A DNA stretch of 64,000 bases from the human T2T-CHM13v2.0 reference genome, Homo sapiens, in NCBI RefSeq assembly GCF_009914755.1, contig NC_060929.1; one strand, written 5' to 3'. The position numbers were made by a program, and so were the translations under genes. Below the pieces are notes generated by a model. The model had not been told where the DNA came from and searched no databases. It saw nothing but the letters and a program-made list of their open reading frames with translations. How positions within the stretch are numbered: position 1 is the first letter of the stretch; every line of letters begins with the position of its first letter. Of this stretch, positions 56,371 through 64,000 are shown piece by piece.

Positions 56371-59072
56371 CCTCCATTTTATATATAAAGGAAACCTAGA
56401 GCTTGCCAGTTAAGGTGCTTACCCAATATTACAGAGCAAAGTAATAGAACTAGAACTCAGGACCCTTAGATTTGTGTCCAGTGCCCTTTATACTACTTGT
56501 TTTTCAATGTGATCCAACCTTGAGTGGATGTAGTCTATATAAAGTTTTAATTGGTATTTATTAAAATCTACTTTGGTTTTGGCTAGACTAATTGTTTCTA
56601 AAACCCCCCTAGGCAAACTTAGAGTCTTTTGGAGAGCACATTATTATCATAAATCTACACCTTTTTAAAGATTACACATGTGATTTGGGAATGAATGACA
56701 AAAGATTATTATGTAATGGAACACATCAATTTCTGTCACTATGGCAGCCTAGGAGTCCAAACTGATCCCCTCACTAAAAACAACGAAAAATGTTGGATAT
56801 AATACAAAAATATCTTTTGATATGTTCCTATGACTTGCAAAAATGCAAGGAATACTTAAACCAGGGAATAAGTAAAGGTATGAACTAAGATAAGTTAGTG
56901 GAGCACTAGGTCAGGCTTTAACCCTAAGGACATTTGTTAAATTGAGTGAACTGGAACATTGCTTTTTGAAATCTCACAAAGTTCATGGAAGATTATGTAA
57001 AACTTAAGGTTTTCCCAAGGTAGCGAGGGTCTAACAAGACTATTCTGTGTAGTTGAGGGCCCAAAGGAACACATCCTTAGTGGCAGGAATAATTAGAAAT
57101 AAGCAGGGTCACCTCATTTCCATCAGTGGGCTACAAGGGAAATTACCTATCTTGAATCATGGCACAAAATATTTGGGAGCAAGAGCATCTCTTGGGAACT
57201 CTAGCAACAAGGCAGCCCTCCCATCAGTTAGGAGTCTAAATTCACACTGCCTGAGTGGTCTCCAAATCTTCCAGCCAAGAATTTAGTTGCAATGATAGTC
57301 TTGGAGAAAAATATGAGCAATATGTGTTCACAGATAATATGTGAACACCCTATACAATGTAACAGTCTCCTTATGCATCAGAGAAAAATATGAACAGCAT
57401 CTATAGCATATGATATGTGAAAAACTGCTTTAAATCTGTAATAAAAGACCAACAACCTAACAGAAAAAAAAAAAGGACCAGAACACAGAAAATTCATATA
57501 AGAAAAAATTTGAGGGACATCATGGTCACTTTCAAGTTTTGACAATTATGAACAATTTTGTGTGGAATAACAAACAATAAAAGAATTTAGTTGGAAATGG
57601 CCCTTGATCTTAAGTGCCTGTAGAAGCCTGATACAAACAAACATAAATTTTTCCTGGAGAATCCTACTTTCATCCCAGTCCTCAAGGAAAGTATAAAAAG
57701 AAAAAGAACAGCTCAGAAGACACATATGCACTGAATTCAGACATCCTGACCAAAAGCTAGTAGAAACATCAGACAACAGAATGAGATCCACAAAAAGTTC
57801 AGATTTTATTCAGACACTAAATGTTAAGTAAGTGTGTGTAATATATTTCAAGAAATGATAGGCTTGAAAATATAAAGAACACGTGATTTAAAAACAAAGA
57901 AGATATAGAAATGAAAAATATAATAGTTAACATTAAAAACTTGATATATTTTATAGCAATTTGCCACAGCTAAAATGAACATTAGTGACTTGAAAGATAG
58001 CATTAAAAAATCATGTAGAACTCAGCCCAAAAACAGATTGGAAACCTGGAAGATCTAATAAATGTTTAATCAAATTCTAGGAGGAGACCAAAGGGCAAAT
58101 AGAGGCAATATTTAGAGAGATGATACTGAGTGTTTTATATAACTAATGAAAAGATCGATTTTACAGAATGAAGTCTCCCCAAAACTAAAAGAGGATAAAG
58201 AAAAATAAATTCAGTCCTAGATGCATTATGATAATACATCAGAGCATTCAACACAAAGAGATCTTAAAAGCAGTCGGAAAAGATATTACCATTAAAAAAG
58301 CAAGAGCTGATTTCTCAACAGCAACAGGTGAGGACATAAGGCAGAATCTTATTTTCAATGGACTGAGGGAAGTGTCCTTCAGACAAACAAAAGCTGAAAA
58401 ACATTGCTACCTGTGGACCTTCACCAAAGGAAATTCTAAAGGATATACTTATGGCAAAAGTTAGGTGAGCCCAGATGTAAGACCTATAATACAAAGAGTT
58501 AGGAACATGGAAAGTGGTAAATATATGAATAAATCTAAATAAATATTGAAGGAATAAAACAATGATAATGTCTTATGTTGAATAATAAAGGTAAAATTAA
58601 AAATACATAACAACATAGTATATAACTTTGGTGAGCAGGTAAAGGGTGCTCGGAAAAGCATTCTACGGCCCTTTTATTGTTTGGGAAGAAGGTAAAGACA
58701 CAAGATAAACTGTGGTTTTTAAGACATTAATTATACATTTTAAAATTTTTAGGGAAACTACTAACAGGATAAGGAAGGGTCTTAACTTCCAAACCAGTAG
58801 AGAAAAAGATGGAATTAGGAAAAAAAAAAATCAACCCAAAGGGGATAAGAAAGGAAAGAAAAATAAACATGGACTGGCAGGATATTTTTTAAAAAAAAGA
58901 AAAAAGATGGCATGAGAGATAGGAGAAATAAAATGCAGCTGTATCAATAGTTGTATTGAAATAACACAAAAAGTCTAATACTTCGCCTAAAAAACTACGT
59001 TTGTCAAACTGGGCCAAAAAAGAAATTCAATGCAACTTATGTGAGAAACATCTTCAAAATATTGGACAATCA

Positions 59073-59332
59073 AGCCGCGCACGGTGGCTCATACCTGTAA
59101 TCCTAGCACTTTGGGAGGCTGAGGTGGGTGGATTGCCTCAGCTCAGGAGTTCAATACCAGCCTCGGAAACACAGTGATAACTCATTTCTACTAAAATACA
59201 AAAAAATTAGCCAGGTGTGGCAGTGTGCACCTGTAATCCTAGCTACTGGGGAAGCTGAGGAGAATTGCTAGAACCCGGGAGGCAGAGGTTGCAATGAGCC
59301 AAGATTGCTCCAGCCTAGGTGACAGAGTGAGA
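59073..59332 (+). mobile_element. AluS without A-tail, fused to L1PA
   Basis: Alu runs to 'gacagagtgaga' and switches directly to L1 sequence. Confidence 0.93.
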
Positions 59333-59901
59333 ATCTAGAAGTAGAAATACCATTTGACCCACTGATCCCATTACTGGGCATATACCCGAAAGATTATAAA
59401 TCATGCTACTATAAAGACACATGCACACGTATGTTTATTGCAGCACTACTCACAATAGCAAAGACTTGGAACCTACCCAAATGTCCGTCAATGATAGAAT
59501 GGATTAAGAAAATGTGGCACATATACACCATGGAATACTATGCAGCTATAAAAAAGGATGAGTTCATGTCCTTTGCAGGGACATGGATGAAGCTGGAAAC
59601 CATCATTCTTAGCAAACTGTCACAAGGACAGAAAACCAAACACCGCATGTTCTCACTCATAGGTGGGAGTTGGACAATGAGAACACATGGACACAGGGCA
59701 GAGAACAGGGAACATCACACACCAGGGTCGGTCAGAGATGGGGGATAAGGGGAGGGATAGCATTAGGAGAAATACCTAATGTAAATGACAAGTTGATGGG
59801 TGCAGCAAACCAACATGGCACATACATAGTTTGTTACCTATGTAACAAACCTGCACATTGTGCACATGTACCCTAGAACTTAAAGTATAATAATAAAAAA
59901 A
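59333..59901 (+). mobile_element. 5'-truncated primate L1PA (PA5-PA7-like) 3' end
   Basis: ORF2 C-terminus (ORF 59431: MFIAALLTIAKTWNLPKCPSM...) and 3'UTR ending 'taccctagaacttaaagtataataataaaaaaaa'. Confidence 0.95.
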
Positions 59902-60759
59902 ATTGGACAATCAAATCGTTAAGGCAAAATGTATTACTAGGCCTAGAATCTCCACATAACACAGAAACTTCAGTTTACCAGGAAAATGTAATAATCCCTA
60001 ACTTGCATAGACCTAATAACATAAACTCAAAATCTATGAAGCAAAAACTGATAGACCTAGAATAAGTAAGCAATTCCATTATAGTGAGAGATTTTAATAC
60101 ATTCTCTCAGTAACTGATTAAACAAACATGTAAAAATTTAATAAGAATGTAGAACATTTGAACCACACAATTAACAAGTTTGATATAATGTACAAAAGGG
60201 AATATTGCTTCAGAATACATATTATTTTCTAGCTCTCTTGAAACATTTATAGAAAGTGGCCACATAATGGACCATAAAGAAAGAAAATTTTCAGAGGATT
60301 GTTTTCAGACTACATCTTCTGACACAATGCAGTTGTTAGGAATTAGAGTTACTGATTTCCAAGTATGTTAATGCAGCCATAGCAGTACTTATAAGCAGTT
60401 ATTGCATTAGATGCTAGTATTTCAGGAAATTACTATAGAAGTTCCCCACGTAAAGAAGCCTTAAAAAAAAAATACAAAACGCAGGCAAAATTAGCCCAAT
60501 GAAGTAGAAGGAAGAAAGGAATAAAGAGCAGAAATCAGTAAAATAGAAAACAGTTTTTAGAACTGGGTTACAATAGTTAAAATGACCAGAAGTATAACTT
60601 CTTAAAACTTGCACATAGTAGATAGCCAGAAAATTGATTTGACTTTGTTGTATCAGACATTTGTCACTTGTTTTTTCCCAGATGTCCTTCTAATGCAGAG
60701 AAAGCAAGATCTAGTTGCTACGTACAAGGAGTGTCATTAGTGAAATTTCTATTGATAGT

Positions 60760-61215
60760 GCTAGTTTTATTAGCTACAAAAGAAGTTGCTGTTAAAAAAG
60801 AAAGAGGGAGAGAGAGGCAAGCAGATGGATAAAGACTCAAAAAATGCCATGTTTAAATAAGATTGAGGATTATTTCTCTCATGCAGAACAATTCAGGGTG
60901 AGCACTTCAGGACCAGCAGGTATTTAAGGACCCAAGTTTTTTTCATTTTTGTCTTTTTGGCATCTTCTGAGGTGTTATCATTGTCTGCATGATTCAACCC
61001 GACCCACCTCCATGCCTATATTCCAGCAACGGGGAAGAGGAAAGAGCAAGTACCAGACTGGTGACTTCATCTTTGAGGAGATGACCCAAAAGTTGCACAA
61101 AAGCACTTTCACTCTTATCATATTATACTGAAATCACATGGCCATACCTAGCTGTAAAAAAGGCTGAGAAATAAAGTCTCCAGTTGAGTGTCCAAGTGGC
61201 TGGCTAACTAAATAT
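60760..61215. mobile_element. Old MLT1-type LTR
   Basis: 'tattccagcaacggggaagagg...tcacatggccatacctagctgtaaaaaaggctgagaaat'. Confidence 0.6.
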
Positions 61216-61824
61216 CAAGGATGGGAGATATATGGGGTTGATTCCTTTACTAAAAGGTAAAAGGGATGACTGAATTCAGGGAGAAAATTACTAGATTCTG
61301 TTATATAATATGAACAAAATCCTAGGAAGAACCAAATAGGCGGTAGTCCATTGGGTCAGGAAAAGCTTGACCAAGTATCTGAGCTATGTTTTGAGAGATG
61401 AATAAAATTCCACTGCAAAATGAAGGGCAATAAGTATAACAGTAGTTGGAAAGGTGCCTGGCAGAGCAGGAGCCATAGATTCATCTCTATATGCCTAATA
61501 CTTTGCATAGTAATGGGCAAAATAATAAGCATTCAACAAACATTTGCTGAAGTAATGAATGAAACTGGCTTTTGCTTAAGTGAATAATCACATTATTTGT
61601 AAACTAAGGAAAAAAAGAATAACAATGAAAAAGACAATTTTTTGAGTATGAATCTATGACAACACGAAGAGCACAGATGCACATTTAAATAATGGGCAAA
61701 GTTTCAGATAAGAGCTATGAACATATTATGAAACAGGACAATGTAATTTGGTGGTATGTACCAGAAAGGGCCCAGTCAAAAGACAGAATCCACAAACAAA
61801 ACTTTTGAACAGAAACGAAAACAT

Positions 61825-62875
61825 TTGTAATAGCTTTATTGAAGAATAATTTAAAGTGAACTGTTTGACATGTTTTGACGTATGTCTATACCTGTGAAAA
61901 CATCACCACAATCTAGATAATGAACATGTCCTTCAAGGCCCAACATGTTCTCATGCCCCTTGTTAACCCCCTCTCTGATCCCCTGGCAACCACTAAAGTC
62001 TTCTATCACTATAAAATAGTTGTATTTTCTAAATCTTATTTAAATGAAATCATATTCTCTATGTACTTTTTTGTCTGACTTCTTTCAATCAACATATGCA
62101 TTTTCAGATTTATCCATGTTGTATATATCAGTAGTTTGTTCCTTTTATTGCTAAGTAGTATTCCATTATATAGATATACCACAAGTATTTTATAACCATA
62201 TGCTATTATTTTGCTTGAGCAAATGTCTGGAAGTGGAATGGCTAAGTCATGTGATAGGTGTATGTTCAACTTTTTGAAAACTGCCAAACTGTTTTCCAAA
62301 CTGGTTGTGCCATTGTACATCCTACAAGTAGTGCATAAACTATCCTGTTAACTCCATATCCTTGTTAACACTTCGTGTGGTCACTTTCTAATTTTAGCCA
62401 TTCTAATAGTTTGCAGTGTTACTTTGTGGTTTTGATTTACATTTAATTAATAATGATGTTGAGCATTGTTTCATGTGCTTATTTGTCATCCGTATATATT
62501 CTTTGGTGCAGTATATATTCAACTCTTTTTATCCATTTTTTATTGTGTTGTTTGTTATTTACTATTGAATTTTTAGACTTCTTTATATTCTTTGGATACA
62601 AATCCTTTATCAGATATATGATTTGTAAATATTTCTCTCAAACGGTGGCTTATATTTTTTGTCCTCTTAATGGTGTCTTTCAAAAAACAAAACTTAAATT
62701 TTGGGAAAGTCTAACTTATTAACTTTGTTCATTTTTGAATCTAGTTATTGGTTCTAAGAAATCTTTGCCTGACTCAAACTCAAAAAGATCTTCTATGTGT
62801 TTTTTTTTTAGAAATTTTGTAGTTTTAAGATTTTACATTAAGATTTGATTCACTTTGACTTAATGTTTATATATA
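61825..62875 (-). mobile_element. L1MB/ME-like 3' fragment
   Basis: Antisense L1 3'UTR and ORF2 C-terminus (ORF 62036-62320: TTSLENSLAVFKKLNIHLSHDLAIPL). Confidence 0.82.
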
Positions 62876-63030
62876 CAGTCACATATCCCTTAACAATGGG
62901 GATACAGTCTGCGAAATGTGTTGCTAGGTGATTTTATCGTTGTGTAAACACCATGTGAGTGTTCTTACACAAAGCTTACTCAAAACTAGATAGTATAGTT
63001 TACTATACACCTAGGCTATATGGTGTGGCC

Positions 63031-63250
63031 CAAGCTTGTCCAATCTGTGGCCAGTGGGCCACATGTGGCCCAGGACAGCTCTGAATGTGCCCCAACACAA
63101 ATTCATAAACCTTCTTAAAACATTATGAGACTTTTTTGTGATTTTTTTTTTTTAGCTCATCAGCTATCATTAGTGTTAGCATATTTTATGTATGGCCCAA
63201 GACAATTCTTCCAGCGTGACCCAGGGAAGCCAAAAGATTGGATACCCCTG
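63031..63250. mobile_element. MER30 hAT MITE nested in Tigger
   Basis: caagcttgtccaatc...cccagggaagccaaaagattggatacccctg, with degenerate 8-bp TSD gtgtggcc/gtataggc. Confidence 0.85.
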
Positions 63251-63396
63251 GTATAGGCTATTGTTCCTAGGCTATAATCCTGTATAGCATATTACTGTAC
63301 TGAACATTGCAGGCGACTGTAATACACAGGTAAGTATTTGTGTATTTAAACATATCTAAACATAGAAAAGGTACAGTAAAAATACGGTCTAAAAGA

Positions 63397-63731
<335 letters not shown>

Positions 63732-64000
63732 CTAGGACATTACACTGCTGTAGGATTTATAAATACTGTGCATTTAGGCTGCACTGAATGTATTTAAATT
63801 TTTTTCTCTCTTTAATAACAACTTCGGCTTACTGTAACTTTTTTACTTTATGAACTTTTTAATTTTTAACTTGACTGTTTTGTAATCACACGTAGCTTAA
63901 AACACAAATACATTATACAACTGTACAAAAATATTCAAAAATATTTTCTTTATATCTTTATTCTATAAGCTTTTTTCTACTTTTAAATTCTTCTTTTTCC

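Larger units (their letters stand above)
56735..60590 (+). mobile_element. Highly decayed old L1M (5'UTR/ORF1/endonuclease region) hosting the Alu-L1PA insert
   Basis: ORF1-like 'gagctgatttctcaacagcaaca', endonuclease-like 'atgaagcaaaaactgatagac...gagattttaatacattctctcagtaactgat'. Confidence 0.6.

Noticed and set aside
59431-59876. 105-aa and 68-aa ORFs
   Set aside because: They are the C-terminus of L1PA ORF2 and 3'UTR read-through in a 5'-truncated copy.

Overview
This is primate (almost certainly human) genomic DNA: AT-rich, CpG-poor and full of Alu, L1, L2, MIR, MaLR and DNA-transposon relics. The only genuine coding sequence I can support is one 104-nt internal exon on the + strand (47569-47672, EELRKEARQLKRELLAAKQKKVENAAKQAEKRSE). 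I recognise it as an exon (probably exon 11) of CWC27/SDCCAG10, the spliceosome-associated cyclophilin, so the rest of the window is two very long introns. All ORFs in the supplied track are repeat-derived or chance. The most notable observations are: (1) a TSD-flanked, oligo(A)-tailed retrocopy of only the first ~24 nt of tRNA-Asp(GTC) at 23383-23418; (2) an Alu-L1PA chimera sharing one target-site duplication at 59061-59914; (3) candidate recursive-splicing AG|GTGAG sites at 38119, 14050 and 35721; (4) a candidate UG-repeat-associated poison exon at 18698-18860; (5) several repeat-insertion hot spots and a pristine 44-bp Alu stub. Repeat family names come from remembered consensus sequences, and boundaries of old repeats are approximate.
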